From the NCBI GenBank assembly GCA_028717985.1, contig JAQUMS010000001.1:1-26844 (forward strand): a stretch of DNA of 26,844 nt, given 5' to 3'. Positions 24,301 through 26,842 of this stretch are shown piece by piece. The position numbers and the translations under genes are program-made. The stretch is from Candidatus Omnitrophota bacterium. GTDB taxonomy: Bacteria > Omnitrophota > Gorgyraeia > Gygaellales > Profunditerraquicolaceae. Numbering within the stretch: the first letter of the stretch is position 1; each line of letters starts with the position of its first letter. Below the pieces are notes generated by a model. It saw nothing but the letters and a program-made list of their open reading frames with translations, made no database searches and was not told where the DNA came from.

Positions 24301-26842
24301 CGGATTCATTTAACGCTTTGACCGCCTGACTGCTTGCCTTAGGATAATGTAACGACGTCTGGTCGAGTCTTACAAAATCACGGCTTGCCTTTTCTTCATC
24401 CGCACCTACACGATGATGAAAAAATATCTCCCAGACAAAATCATCGTGGATACTATCTGTCATTCTTGTCTGCGTCCTAATAGAATCCCCATTCATATAT
24501 ACACCTACAAGCGAGCTGTGTTCATAATCATAACTAACGGGTATAAACTGTGTTCCCTTCAACGCCAACAACTGCTCTACTGTGAAAAATTCTCCCGCCT
24601 GAACGCCTTTCTCGCCGATTAATCCGTTATCATATGCCGCTCCCATCAACAATAAATTAGCACTCGACATTTTCTTTAACGGAATTATACCTTTGCTGAT
24701 TAATTCACGGTCAAGCATCTTTCCTAGATTTAATATACTAGAGGTAAATACAAAAGAATCTTCAGGAATTTCAAAATTAACTCCTTCTTGGTTCAAGATT
24801 TCCCCGCTTTCTATTGCTGATCTTAATTGCGCTTTCCTGACAGGATTTGACATCGCGGAAAGCATTTCGGCAAGCCTTCTTTCCCATACGGGATAAACTT
24901 CTTCAGCGGTAATACGCCCTTTAGTTGTCACAAATACAGGCATTTCTTTAGGATTAGACTCGCACCAGAATAATGTTAGTATCTTAAAATTGTCATCGCT
25001 TAAGAATATTGCCAATCCCGACGTATCGCCCGGCGGGATAAAATAAATACCTAATTTATTGAATAAACTCGCCATAATTTCCCAGCTTGCTCCTCCATCA
25101 TCCGATGATGAAATAATACAAGCTAAAAGTCGTAAGCCTTTGGCGATAAATTGCTGTAGCAAAGTTGTAGTAGCCTTACCACCTCCACCTAAATAGGCGA
25201 TTTTCGGTGGTGCACGTCCAGATTTCCCTTTAAGTATCTCCTGTTTATATCTTAAATAATATCCATCCTGGAAATATCCCGCTAAGGTCCGGCTGATGCT
25301 AATCTGGGTCTCTTTATGCGCCGCTTCGATATCACGAATTAAATCTTCATTTGTTTTTTTCAAATGATCTTTATATAACCACTGTAAAAATGCGAGTGTA
25401 CGAGCAGCCCGAGGATCTGTTCCCGCATAAAAATCTATTAAATTCAAGCCGTGATGTTGCAAATAAATTCTATCTATTATTTTAAAATAATCATCTATAC
25501 AGGAAACAGTGTTATATGCTTGCATTACGTCCTGTAATGCCCTGTTTAATTCTTGGCCCTGAGCAACTTTCATTCCTTTCAAATAAAGCCTGGTCCATGT
25601 AGAACTTTTTAAATAAGTAAGATTAAATGAATCATAGGTTTCGCTTAAAAAATCAATTTTCTCTTTAAAAGTTAGATTGTTATATCGTCGGGAATTTAAT
25701 TGTTCCTCCAGATATAATAATGACGCTATCGAACAATAATCATGCGATTTATCTTTCAAATCTCTAAAGTTTCCGCCTTTGGATATTCCATCAAGGAAAT
25801 AATATATTGCTCCCAATCCAAAACCTATATGTTTAAAGGCACTCCCCGATATCAGCTGTTTATTTCTCCCGTTTACATCATTTATATAACGATGTATCCC
25901 AGGAACAAGTTTAAACGGTTCATCTTCCGAATAAACCTCAAGATTACCAAATAGTATTGCATCTTCCCCTTTAATCCCTCGCTCTTTTAGATAATCCTGC
26001 AACGCATGATCTTTACCCGTTTTAATATTCCTGATATCTATTGAAGTTACGCCGGATTCCCGGACTATTATTGTTTCTTTCAAATCAGGATTTTGTTCAA
26101 TTGCCGCCTTAATGTCTTTAAAATATGATTCTCGTAAAGATTGTTCTTTTGCCTCTAAATTAAAAACTTCCAATTTCCTTGAAGGAAGATATATCATACT
26201 TATACTGTATACTCTTCCGGAAATATCTTTGTGGAAAATTATCTCCAGATCTTTAAATGTAAAATTAGGATATTTATTTCTCCATACACTCTTGTTTTGT
26301 TGATATTCATCCCAATATTTTTTCTTTAAATCTTGCAGAATATTATTTATGGCAGATACGGACTTTTCGGTAATATATGTTTTTTCGTTATATGTGTTTT
26401 TAGTCAGAGGTATTCCGTATTCATTGAATTCCACCTTGAATGTTCCAGCTGACGCATATATTACCAAATTCTTTCTCACATCATACGGTATCAGCTCCAC
26501 GACTCTTGAATAAATACCCTTTTCTTTCGTATGATCGTCATCGTAATACCGTAAGTTACTAATCAGCACGATCTTCTGCCCTTTCCTCAGCAGTTCCACC
26601 AACGGCTCCCGTACAAAGCTTTCTTTTAATGTCCCTTTACGGAATTTGTCATACGGCAAAATTACTCCATCCGGACCTCCCAATACTATTACTTCCGGAT
26701 TCCCGCTCCTTTCGTAGCCGCCGTCATTTTCAATTTTAGAGGGTTCATGTTCAACCCTGATCTTCTCAATAACCCCAACCAGATTCTCATTCTCATACAA
26801 TGGACTCTGCGTCTCAATTCCTGTAACCTTGCTCTCATCTAT
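2..26842 (-). CDS. Giant multidomain protein, internal fragment (>=8,947 aa; start and stop both outside the window); DGG-delimited carbohydrate-metabolism and cell-envelope modules
   Basis: Manual translation of the minus-strand frame whose codons begin at + positions 2,5,8,... shows no TAA/TAG/TGA across the window. Recognisable enzyme motifs occur in this one frame from end to end (EPCGLTQ at 629-649, HLHIQ at 2897-2911, SDDGG three times, DGDGT at 14291-14305, STNTNEN near 23150). Confidence 0.96.
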   Translation of the reverse strand, partial: MDESKVTGIETQSPLYENENLVGVIEKIRVEHEPSKIENDGGYERSGNPEVIVLGGPDGVILPYDKFRKGTLKESFVREPLVELLRKGQKIVLISNLRYYDDDHTKEKGIYSRVVELIPYDVRKNLVIYASAGTFKVEFNEYGIPLTKNTYNEKTYITEKSVSAINNILQDLKKKYWDEYQQNKSVWRNKYPNFTFKDLEIIFHKDISGRVYSISMIYLPSRKLEVFNLEAKEQSLRESYFKDIKAAIEQNPDLKETIIVRESGVTSIDIRNIKTGKDHALQDYLKERGIKGEDAILFGNLEVYSEDEPFKLVPGIHRYINDVNGRNKQLISGSAFKHIGFGLGAIYYFLDGISKGGNFRDLKDKSHDYCSIASLLYLEEQLNSRRYNNLTFKEKIDFLSETYDSFNLTYLKSSTWTRLYLKGMKVAQGQELNRALQDVMQAYNTVSCIDDYFKIIDRIYLQHHGLNLIDFYAGTDPRAARTLAFLQWLYKDHLKKTNEDLIRDIEAAHKETQISISRTLAGYFQDGYYLRYKQEILKGKSGRAPPKIAYLGGGGKATTTLLQQFIAKGLRLLACIISSSDDGGASWEIMASLFNKLGIYFIPPGDTSGLAIFLSDDNFKILTLFWCESNPKEMPVFVTTKGRITAEEVYPVWERRLAEMLSAMSNPVRKAQLRSAIESGEILNQEGVNFEIPEDSFVFTSSILNLGKMLDRELISKGIIPLKKMSSANLLLMGAAYDNGLIGEKGVQAGEFFTVEQLLALKGTQFIPVSYDYEHSSLVGVYMNGDSIRTQTRMTDSIHDDFVWEIFFHHRVGADEEKASRDFVRLDQTSLHYPKASSQAVKALNESEAIIMGNGSLWTSLMPVLLYPEIAKELVSRRKAGVPVVFIAKIKADLETAKSIKILDNKGEPVDKAALSKDDKYTLNIKDQVSLGWQLEAVRRHVSRTLNQEVKIEDIISHVVVPDLKPETSEYLSTIIITGTDALAIKEGKAQVSKKVQGKQPLFLGTERESLEAVGIKIIDVPEDHITGIKKQKPLYENNYLADILIEITEAKHNDGGFFVDNGSLLKFMAETQFFGIVAGVGIGLAAGLWYAHKTGKLNEWLAGKKADPREQQAKALQTIADYLTMAHDKISVLPVYKADMTILLGNDDLSTMRHASGLYTEGKTDKILVSGAQGRLTAPLIENVRKAGFGNVFENIEVLSEAEIIAKLLTLHVVPEEKIILETKSTNTNENIKNAKEMLLSSGLLSFGDYTVILMSKPLQMRISYLDFIQHFVQQVAPLRVHVYTYAPYTVTGTDQEIIDALAEINKIQEYSVKGWISLESISANVLEAAEFLKKSLNVSVQETKNPSDQEAKNTNDGGETSAQVLKGSRDQVVQGPSTEYSAQSKGNNGFAKRKSKEQRTTSYLLSSMSYRDGGDNRQIHPITRKLFRHEVGVLRNMEVNPALSRLQRLLITRELSEIARFYTPSESDRELIENNIKNRQEENVNPKDEGRRTKDANSMSYRDGGDVEQGGEGQWMVDGRTDVTADGVELLRTEISRTRILELVKQLQNTVFAEETKHVLINRLENEDPLAGVRMAEALGELGVNDEAVISALSEALANRDTMIQAYRALIKLNAENFDLPKALVELSIDAEDMLVRYRAVNFLTEYLNDIGLQKNHKFTDENIVMELLQSAYAEKTMLVKIAKIKTLGTIPVEETYLVNRILIELKAYLFGKEAADQYGAEIKPVKLTRAVSNAMIGRFIRIAQMGDAMSISILTEMEPCLKAWLNRETRKPLQQTGKALLKSLGRTRDGLIHTFTTDYLFNSRPFIMGLGQVSMEEAMAELPAAHIAEVVKMNAEKAAEMMELFNTNDGGEFSPKDEGRRTKDANSKSYRDGGEVLANEGQGTFSLDARRFLVELDYVMRMLGISDYKRVVQILRTSIDSVAFVKGMAEAAGLGTDEAAEILEGVKFFRPVVEDYKLRQVKEYGKGEFADKKISVDIQAEGYGIEGGESSVEGGAITEYLRFMRETAGMVSFVFRDNMNDFTGRFLGLTAIKGASKYPDLKELIERLDAYFATVDLGRIEYVFTSGIGANEMYTHQLAWALNKYFEMRGIHVKWVVVNNPAHLKIIPAGANNKNTLIFEMSRSGSTKETVDFFNATKDRFKQRIVAANSGKLNEAGKELMKDADARILVIDDIPGDIGGRQMNRKTLMVYIPLYLGLVAGLKDVEEARKYLEYYVSTMAGANEELAYSNGLKSGGIKLAEMLFRQRMNGHNRFAIIYDNDLRFIAKEFLQLNNEGANKNIAGGTNNNVLVGYGLESDRTLYETVFEQAGNTQLPIFLLNRNNGNYRQAYEYAESLERRGIPVIIVSLDIKEDLRNNLEVIGRTSSLLQDMVVYFTYLTKQDANSNPAVKFVREITAAMFEIEKAKKARGDKDIRVTFEDVISKIQAKETENRIKSEKSIDVDKKDKTKRIIRRGYEEAEGEDFRTFMEAIVEVGTKLMIAESRVVRVLTSAIAEEVFKSDFAEAGGSKISDMEAAFGKSFMDAMRKTDNKPVTLNQQVVIETQDQDKMKISVAVEKGEEIETEGYSAAEALGMYLIKMFTGRKEKMMYMPLTFMEVDAENPKIKAIARGIVERFAGKGITCPLLGLPGVAHTGIEAIMSHPENVFNIAIVYTNTYGKGLGTQMVEENITVDDATYVYGIANVIRMALGGSPTIIFEVRDAKDLDEVKAILEPALDMLKAWMTSDGGYERSGNPEVIVLGGPDGVILPYDKFRKGTLKESFVREPLVELLRKGQKIVLISNLRYYDDDHTGEKGLATRIVKYLPYDVRKNLAVYASAGTFKVEYNEYGIPLTENDYNNSNYIPEKQVEVIESVLKEQANRFWAEYEGNKSLMRNKYPNYPFKKPEVILHRDAKGRVYSVSIIHLPSKKLEIVNIEEGEMSPREECCRGTIELLKKYHSLFWEEYTVRESGITSIDIRKRHTGKDHALRDYLLSREIEGKDALLFGNLQVYSEDLPFKNVEGVRRYINDIVEKTDENYEVEGFKHIGFGLGVVYYFLDGMSKGKTFVELREAGDYCLNAAETYLKRQNVKRVNRSLTFAERMEVLSEVYRQFNLNYLNRASWIDLYQLGIGMKRGEELYEALEEMKNIYEVSKTAEEYFAGADKIYGGREGIEFMKFYAGIDARAARTLGFLESVYKDNLKRNNRQLEEAVWDVKKNTGLSVGRILAGYFQDGYYQKYKESILEQYEGRGPPEKKGLLDLVYLGGGGKATTTFLQRLIAKGLRKIACIISSSDDGGASWEIMASLFKNLGMYFIPPGDASGLAIFLSNDNFKIFTLFWSESDADKMPEYVTTKGRITGEKLYPVWEKRLSEVLTAIEEPTQKEEIKSLIRKILKNPSEEFEKSTDYLIFLSSVLNLGELVDRELVGQGIIPLKKMSSANLLLMGAAYDMGLLSGGKDSQAVGFPNLDKLMALGETQFIPVSYDYEHSALVGKYENGGLVAAQTIMTDKAHKEFIREEYFTHRVDIGKEANNFIELDINSENYPKASRQAVEALSRAKAIVMGNGSLWTSLMPVLLYKEVAEELVNRRRLGVPVVYIAKMKADLETSKDVRIEKEGKVVESKDIKEEEEYELNISEQLTLNKQLEAITWHISKVLGREVKIEEIISHVIAPELSEDAKVKLGEVKIKGKDAKLVLQGSAQVSKHVKGGQPLFGEGEEADLQARGIEIVRIDESKVTGIETQSPLYENENLVGVIEKIRVEHEPSKIENDGGERKNNTIKNKDDKSSLEQKYKDAYKQVYKVSRAAVAKTRKDLGIAVCIDKDNNPLPLEGLSTIIRPDDENAKKILSIQQGLYGVLPESLQKKMIFVKEHDLHITLGVINNATPNNHDVILLLRNKVEDSFPGSLRLSGIKIGAFKGGIIILEFYPDGVSDYKIFDSINKGVKESFLEFNQFNPVLYHMTLFYVKELLTEEEHKILYEKIEEFRPLKQSVLLLVDNLYLEHFCASVNVYDHDIIGTFFNLKQKYNIISTLLSQELTEMLVEEGGRQIRKFLEKLSTGGKSAYADLSKVQGLWEAVEEYGKEPAKYSTETLLKRDSSSIPRIEVRGRNESSGEAAQVAIIGIPLNYREDTMKEFRRLPGAEKMSLKMGGFMTVEANIAGVDKALPIRYVRSHLVEILEVAGYEAGIVIDARKTMTIVMSDGDGTLYGKPTATENPILKKSAAYRALIEYLNAGGVYMLISGNDLGLTLQRILAEDALPVEIRNRFIVVANGAASLNVFDKEGNIKEYTGYRLNALNEEAEEQEELDAIYLGDDEKKGGNDWPAYEEMGFERSVSVTSKGKKDVMDIVHKNYVGGNEVGTGLVLKGAVEYAREHRGERLFGIKELEALIRISESEITAPSQNDGGLGMSRKEDYKQNLVLFERLYQKDADEVLQILKVEADHTGRFLDEIVAGIVGILEIKDSKSLYSNLNFTKLARAPPIEYIWIGGAGIRTTSFLKSLVNYFMKKAGDKYRNYKRLIVLAIDGVSDDGGHIRKLEDSLLNVPGWDKYPLATGDIGVFPSIFTLSDSKIELLTLKRITGKSVEEQIFENIKDITFRFRDNLPVDWNFFCANMFSVARRIDREWVAPGIITESLNGASFGVNRASWQNLFYVMSRYLTGELKKGNQHISNERRVYPGVYEMVGAINGLAVPCSFDQSSMAAILQGMGVKINDEVMVIGKANGNFYYTKVEGIVINVERIEDGKNVKERKIFFRTTPLKTDKFHLISRKGVSFTLGGKKIKLTVNKNGSVILRCNGEKFTISEDKGDEGKTFIRYRNQDYVLPTNTSWFFLKINHSFIEFKSRMVEEQTNISDAKDYHLTPIEKVIFRNVEMKAVGVQQGKIRTYAFRKSGEYSYANLEAIEGIRSTKQAIIFGDCSFVTSLLPNLMTEGIPQEMAARKDIPRIFMFKIMQDTESKGLSVIQQIELIERSIRMNTSFKSFKFKDICDYIVLFDPQEIDAATYWKFQALKEEQRKILEQPEIQKRIAIGELKYSKIVPEDPAEFNKDTLKEELARKGIKSYFVKVSDVKLSEINGKYAYKEESMIRILHEIVKDFSGEDGGEGKEDIKETRGILYGFLEETGLLPMFSNYGEFPESHQIFEAWKFYDEKLSSAQVYYFSKNVILGKADVEIEKDIISLHSCWFRSFVPGHEFGREIIARTFIRGAEIGELVYGQMPAEVERYYTLSQREEKELDEWDGIFDGSIAAGIQQQINNSDAYFKKIFTTELKSISLIYEDRKLGIIRESTLSFIARAKSEWIRYMYKKRFPEAKFNKNDIERLLKINFLINKYITLKSISKLNLETEKLLLINKILLDIENNLNDFLQLGDKNSPEFFEDRMGKDNFVNSKIVKDINYRDGGEKPVVRTMRIPSTPATWKRIENLKRFNHQMANGITAEDSRSQLEGSSLEEIYNGKGKGGIIITAVQPDQKVLKEMEIEAGMRPKTFFIKYDHKKLTLFYFTQKEAKEYQTRVALGDEEVILPDISVILKIAGVSVVHIDGKQYLGLADYDEFLERIKDIMQRKQSDGGIETYPGYLNGNVISPANAYSTGTEAGQRSYEIPWPFPDKQSIRGIHDPEWVKSFMVVWAISELNERSSRQITVNRILKKTKDVFEAHGFTWDRDHVISLLNGLRRRGLIVNAKSGNRKDFSVEEDKVTVDLNARLYAVWSRNVEDINVDLAEGFIHGKEEFLNVIAEYAKVTALWGRYPVEVNHVILRAIMFFDESSRKTMADWILSGPRNSALEDAIALNLDYERAVQDWLKMQAYELTGRSIYHLTAEISPMAGGLGRVELYHGNAMFELGADSIYVAPWYLHSRDSFGNLYTVDYGSLPNPITDIKPYATMETFIQGCKVRFEVAQGYLNVKRGDTVNLIPIYLIRDIPENYHCRIINILYEYSTCDCPASIWEFTEFFNKAALELIRKREVEKKHEKELLHEEYKSCVVDSNDAQTLPVAAFRKAFYSKKESIAPAPDKDEAFEIMNSALFSGTTHTYYNRAWADDFEFGKNFLRKAGIPDEWLWLFLHIFVDDYGTWKVVWDLTSGGVRASDVSKAVAAVHAFEVNKYDPAVDLFGVTNGDNYVYSSEFFRDALIKTGSRDYLHPTPLEILAAKSYVKKEMGLNQYQMVVGYFGRLVPEKAGRKRAFTNVNIEAMVKAGIQVVIYGVARWNPVMRGELEALEADLKSKKEKEPDVYSGRFIFKSQFSIDDQRKALAATDVQIQDSDRETEAAGSTESDIGANGGLQLATPYWEGMIPFMGDLVNREKMTGNVLMPEKDSAESYLKVVLWANEQYQSGELSQLQSYAYKISGFVDARYTAAAYLRFWHNGFRGKRAVVNPRVVGEIGIDSKYLTLTSTTSRGEISIFKDENEFYLMGKKKEVGNLAKNLILTLSISVDPEFAPFGSSRVPEDSIFVELVNDHGIRLKFSPVRKIYDNVIEYSLTIPEDFPLPFKGTVRATSGLWQQVRSFEIVPEEYDPLEGDELIETLCPVDFKVNDARNILFGKFGMFPFGFETSEGMQYANSAGIIGFMNKANMLLKNGTTIRTPFYHFIRYIAGLCEGCVTKDILVKHMRFIGSKQISDEEKMKELLELLKQFTRRSEYRLVESWVNGLTIEQMATLMIGNKNVNSFSFRTVSGPVTAETSGLKSFETVLKNLIANRHAEPVIENDFMDFIKYMDAMFKGVKGWEEIMAYLQTIAQEPVPSFLKAYFLFRFVEKLNEKMEENLVEAFINKATLDNAETVLNSGKFDMKPFEFYTLRGRWMADSAGLQDFLFTMKQVNGKGGVSFHDYMNYLRKLFEDMPDSKYMMDYLEYVGSHEIPEYKKFVALLEKLEVRLISRIQYYRMFSCEPAQSGFKCEVDLESPERFFDGGIADKNTVITSGIKNQSGNEILVTRKKMVMNIKDTLLKKADILGALRAPVSEVEAVKLISRYQLNIIMALANGTAYDSLQKGAQRKIAMENYEYLLSLMGVDAHFKKTIRTASHKIVNIKILQIKKTFSDKALAIKAKGEVMNILEARDIVGRYYYIIHALAVSLPYSSLREDFRNTIAEDSYEYLQDEMVNDKLFGMVITEADTMVLADKVKHESVWERAKILADSENGKLILKDSLKLIGNYAYVLLGLARGLKYVELHSNGLEMVSFHTYNEIVETLTGNPVFRSAVTGSISGIDVTPEYYKQVLEDKADLLLLQEGKISRALAEGLIGYHFEVMRILAEGMPYSSLSDYARRQLSAGIYYYLAREIVDDAGFGRKIVRASGKAINIRMEGIKNKILASARKIVNDEEIVGITQAKAKINHNYLIIHSLAHAQQFEISPVGRQKILVKASYEFLLGEMKRDEMFADYIIHADQMVIAKNGWRKILMGRAQVLAAKKNANMSPEDAVKLIGNTYFVLRGLSRSLAYQELDHCAWDNISQDEYENILGNKKRDIEFTKIVNNAMRNIYIHQRDITGSLIKKASLVLALDKRIDFWSARKLFGRYIYIFEGLADNVSYRGLDIEAQNLMTSAEYEALLIEVKKNDELKELIVQADSALGIGFWDKRLIILNKAKDIIAHKSSLTLAQASGIVGPYRYVLRALDENLPYHSVYAETRAVVSEKQYAVLQDLMKEDYLFAVMIRNAVSIIKVQKSNFNINEITHNPIMAVFLEIQSGDVSEKWKQSLSVRDQEYADIFEYLRENDDVLKRVLQLFMIGEVNSDVLARIIKDQLKQPQLKTVTGFGSHMLGAIHRALAKRGYVFDEEWVVTPKTVELLIGYTRNYRKAEGKIFNTDELYSVPSVLARLEEIAGISAVGIQYPLAPEKGAAFSASGFMPQGGIIAQNRENDGGDESEFDRNLKREWDRKFKQGLFGFDISRVSLRDEGKFKVLFHPDRPMTINLMKQLMPPIQGYNPSKFNFHKANPQELLMSLNVGGVNTDLFINIQPRVAYNFFMVPERKANLPQVISEREIRVALALLDMSKASNFRLGFNSLGGGTRVFHLHIQGFYYWGVIPVEKFATETVEDISGVLFEKTVDYPAESYVVRSENALGVARLTSMIIAQFLRNNIPHNLIFARSGPEKKIVILPRKSIFPIINETYLDFGWQEISGEIVVPTKEMFENITENDIHYLLASIAEPLAFTIRKVGAEAKSISVRVLEDGGTSRKKSARGQTKEINVAYAEIEKARLEERGYRIQGVNPVIMSQWKDPAKRDVDLYLHALVLIAGIELELPYGVGKIDVYRAVRESNIILIKEASRPVPEMYFDIISRTLYIFEKLDDFSSEELALKLMSTVLRAVSRLRIPAADESSWKNIRNYLQPANFKKVITLLRPDWPERPFRSLQIAEIALEVTRLTYKVGGLADVGYGLSKELAKIGHNVDIFTLKYSKPTNSPADQNLRYEYIGSVWVPIGSTWTVEVKVYRTNLHTLPGIHDLKGRLRGYVLEPVGSGSVLAEYPYSDQLSLEQAILISRGSLQAMKDIPELHKNSYDIIHAHDKDSALSLVYKDGLPEFRHYFSRMQPILTINNIRHQGVHSFDRFSLLNLPYEYGGVFDNFGSMNLLKGGIVKSNRANTVSERHAYELTTAEGGRDLDWLLSQKAREFRFSGIINGIDYNFYNPATDPILPFRYDFAHGNVRESFEQKRNNKEVLQKLLGLKVDRTAPVIALIARLDDQKGVGLLAAKIRDILKANRNAQIIVAGREYDKQSVDQIRWLPFEYDPEGKWDFRGRAYILPKFLDESIVHLVYASADIFLVPSLDEPCGLTQMIAARYGTPAVVRYVGGLADTIENYDPLRKTGYGFVFFDPTPEALQEAIQRALETYSQEDHWLRILENLRKVDFSWNNSAIKYILMYWDAMTFNGASGKSVFEQDGGSATDNAVLKLYTKTNLRIFNILTFIIGMVAMNRDIVFNTAYFYQSVVLNGFAFGEYAYKVVFFTAVVQFLLEEAFDKKFAVKFKSMFQSSIYFGAAVSLLMA
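368..1895 (-). other. glgA: GT5 glycogen/starch synthase domain
   Basis: LQIAEIALEVTRLTYKVGGLADV (KxGGL at 1835-1849), IIHAHD, LLKGGIVKSNRANTVS, GIINGIDY..NPATD, IARLDDQKG, VPSLDEPCGLTQMIAARYGT..VVRYVGGLADT, GFVF, DFSWNNSAIKYILMY. The full GlgA motif series is in the correct order. Confidence 0.95.
2438..3361 (-). other. HIT-superfamily GDP-hexose phosphorylase domain (GDP-L-galactose phosphorylase VTC2 / GDP-D-glucose phosphorylase GDPGP1-like)
   Basis: EWDRKFKQGLFGFD, YNPSKFNFHKANPQELL, LFINIQP..FFMVP..LPQVI, FRLGFNSLGGGTRVFHLHIQG (HxHxQ at 2897-2911), FGWQEISGEIVV. These parallel the VTC2 motifs EWEDR..GLFRYD, KFNFTK and FRLGYNSLGAFATINHLHFQ. DGG lies on both sides. Confidence 0.85.
3900..6040 (-). 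repeat. Eight degenerate ~90-aa helical protein repeats of unknown family
   Basis: The motif [LI][IVF]GxYxY(V/I)(L/I)x(A/G)LAxx(L/M)xY recurs with the Gly-position codon at 6029, 5753, 5483, 5213, 4940, 4670, 4400 and 4130. Spacings are 276, 270, 270, 273, 270, 270 and 270 nt. Confidence 0.8.
7442..9490 (-). other. Alpha-glucan phosphorylase (GT35)-like GT-B domain with C-terminal beta domain; PLP-lysine position is Asp
   Basis: YHLTAEISPMAGGLG, IYLIRDIPEN..ILY, DSNDAQ, FSGTTHT (8831-8842), SKAVAAVHAFEV, FGVTNG, GYFGRLVPEK, IQVVIYG, TDVQIQDSDRETEAAGSTESDIGANGGLQL (8105-8131 = EAAGSTESD), then a beta domain ending YSLTIP..GTVRA. Order and spacing match bacterial GlgP. Confidence 0.78.
10223..11608 (-). 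other. Two DGG-bounded modules of unknown function (294 aa at 10727-11608; 165 aa at 10223-10717)
   Basis: Open in the main frame and bounded by DGG at 11609, 10718 and 10214. No motif recognised. Part of the region is very AT-rich (8 G+C in the 60 nt of 10921-10980). Confidence 0.6.
11640..13470 (-). other. YvcK/GlmR (UPF0052, CofD-like) domain, divergent copy C, with a ~130-140 aa beta-rich insertion
   Basis: YIWIGGAGIRTT, LAIDGVSDDGGHIRKL, LATGDI, VEEQTNISD, ANLEAIEGIRSTKQAIIFGDCSFVTSLLPNLMTEGIPQEM, IPRIFMFKIMQDTES, AYKEESMIRIL. Confidence 0.75.
13750..14810 (-). other. HAD class IIB (Cof/PMM-like) phosphatase or mutase domain with non-canonical motif order
   Basis: EANIAGVDKA (motif III-like, 14414-14428) precedes SDGDGTL (motif I, 14291-14305), LISGN (motif II, 14177-14188), ANGA (14087-14098) and YLGDDEKKGGND (motif IV, 13943-13972). 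Confidence 0.8.
14880..15420 (-). other. 2H phosphoesterase (LigT / cyclic phosphodiesterase fold) domain
   Basis: Two Hx(T/S)-hydrophobic motifs 85 aa apart: DLHITLG (15272-15283) and LYHMTLF (15017-15028), preceded by EGLSTII. AT-rich segment. Confidence 0.75.
15588..15714. repeat. Perfect direct repeat of 26718-26844 (end of the YvcK module including the DGG codons; the match runs off the window)
   Basis: 127/127 identical, offset 11130 nt (in frame). Confidence 0.97.
15600..17130 (-). other. yvcK: YvcK/GlmR (UPF0052, CofD-like) domain, copy B
   Basis: LVYLGGGGKATT, ACIISSSDDGGASW, FIPPGD, SSANLLLMGA, QFIPVSYD, YPKASRQAVEALSRAKAIVMGNGSLWTSLMPVLLYKEVAEEL..PVVYIAK..LET. Confidence 0.85.
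17740..18652 (-). other. Degenerate (pseudo-)HAD IIB domain, copy B
   Basis: VIVLGGPDGVIL (motif I with the nucleophile Asp replaced by Gly), IVLISN, VYASAG, SGITSIDIRKRHTGKDHAL (motif III), LLFGNLQVYSEDLPF (motif IV, GD changed to GN). Confidence 0.65.
18464..18661. repeat. Near-identical direct repeat of 26528-26725 (start of the HAD-YvcK module up to the DGG codons)
   Basis: 198 nt with 4 mismatches, all synonymous; 18549-18661 is a perfect match. Offset 8064 nt. Confidence 0.95.
18670..19230 (-). other. Second, partial PGI-like C-terminal (SIS) segment
   Basis: MMYMP..ARGIVERFAGKGITCPLLGLPGVAHTGIEAIMSHPENVFNIAIV..ALGGSPTIIFEV parallels the PGI segment Y..L..QL.AESLGK.G..P....G..DQHS..Q...GP.D...A...GRP.I.I. 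It ends at DGG 18653. Confidence 0.5.
19640..20790 (-). other. pgi: Phosphoglucose isomerase (SIS)-like domain
   Basis: VFTSGIGANEM (20621-20638), LIFEMSRSGSTKET (20444-20470), IPGDIGGRQ (20291-20305), AIIYDNDLRFIAKEFLQLNNEGANK (19997-20023), YLTKQDANSNPAVKFVR (equivalent to NPFDQPGVE..K). Confidence 0.75.
21211..21272. repeat. 62-nt direct-repeat cassette copy 1, containing (CGTCCTT)4 and the RDGG codons
   Basis: Identical to 22321-22382 except one base (21231 T vs 22341 A). Encodes PKDEGRRTKDANSKSYRDGG. Confidence 0.97.
21290..22321 (-). other. Alpha-helical module with a HEAT/PBS-lyase-like repeat
   Basis: LINRLENEDPLAGVRMAEALGELGVNDEAVISALSEALANRDTMIQAYRALIKL (about 22010-22160). The module is flanked by the two 62-nt cassettes. 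Confidence 0.6.
22321..22382. repeat. 62-nt direct-repeat cassette copy 2, containing (CGTCCTT)4 and the RDGG codons
   Basis: 61/62 identical to 21211-21272, offset 1110 nt (in frame). Encodes PKDEGRRTKDANSMSYRDGG. Confidence 0.97.
22604..22830. repeat. Degenerate 7-nt-periodic tracts forming low-complexity in-frame linkers
   Basis: atagctc-atagatg-atagcag-atagctc-gtagttc-tttgctc-tttgctc; tactctg-tgcgcta-tactctg-tactcgg; tacttgg-tctcttg; tcttggt-cgcttgg-gttcttg-gtctctt. They lie between and next to DGG 22595 and DGG 22763. Confidence 0.75.
22850..23490 (-). other. YdcF / DUF218 (ElyC/SanA-like) domain
   Basis: IADYL..KADMTILLGNDDL..ASGLYTEGKTDKILVSGAQGR..SEAEIIAK..VPEEKIILETKSTNTNENIKNAKEML..VILMSKPLQMR. 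Confidence 0.85.
23563..23625 (-). other. Single predicted transmembrane helix preceding the YdcF domain
   Basis: FFGIVAGVGIGLAAGLWYA, uncharged and Gly-rich, followed by HKTGK. Confidence 0.75.
23700..25205 (-). other. yvcK: YvcK/GlmR (UPF0052, CofD-like) domain, copy A
   Basis: KIAYLGGGGKATT, ACIISSSDDGGASW, FIPPGD, SSANLLLMGA, YPKASSQAVKALNESEAIIMGNGSLWTSLMPVLLYPEIAKEL. Paralogous to 15600-17130 with many synonymous differences. Confidence 0.85.
25780..26716 (-). other. Degenerate (pseudo-)HAD IIB domain, copy A
   Basis: Same GGPDGVIL, IVLISN, SGVTSIDIRNIKTGKDHAL and ILFGNLEVYSEDEPF motifs as copy B. Confidence 0.65.

Noticed and set aside
13310-25105. The three SDDGG motifs (about 13313, 17010, 25093) as module linkers
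   Set aside because: They are the conserved YvcK/UPF0052 active-site motif (T/S-x-x-DDGG) inside the domain, so they were not counted as linkers.
192-26303. All short ORFs in the supplied track (e.g. 446..958 +, 13872..14528 +, 15792..16274 +)
   Set aside because: They overlap the continuous giant ORF, antisense or out of frame, and have shadow-like composition (Ser/Phe/Ile-rich) with no recognisable motifs.
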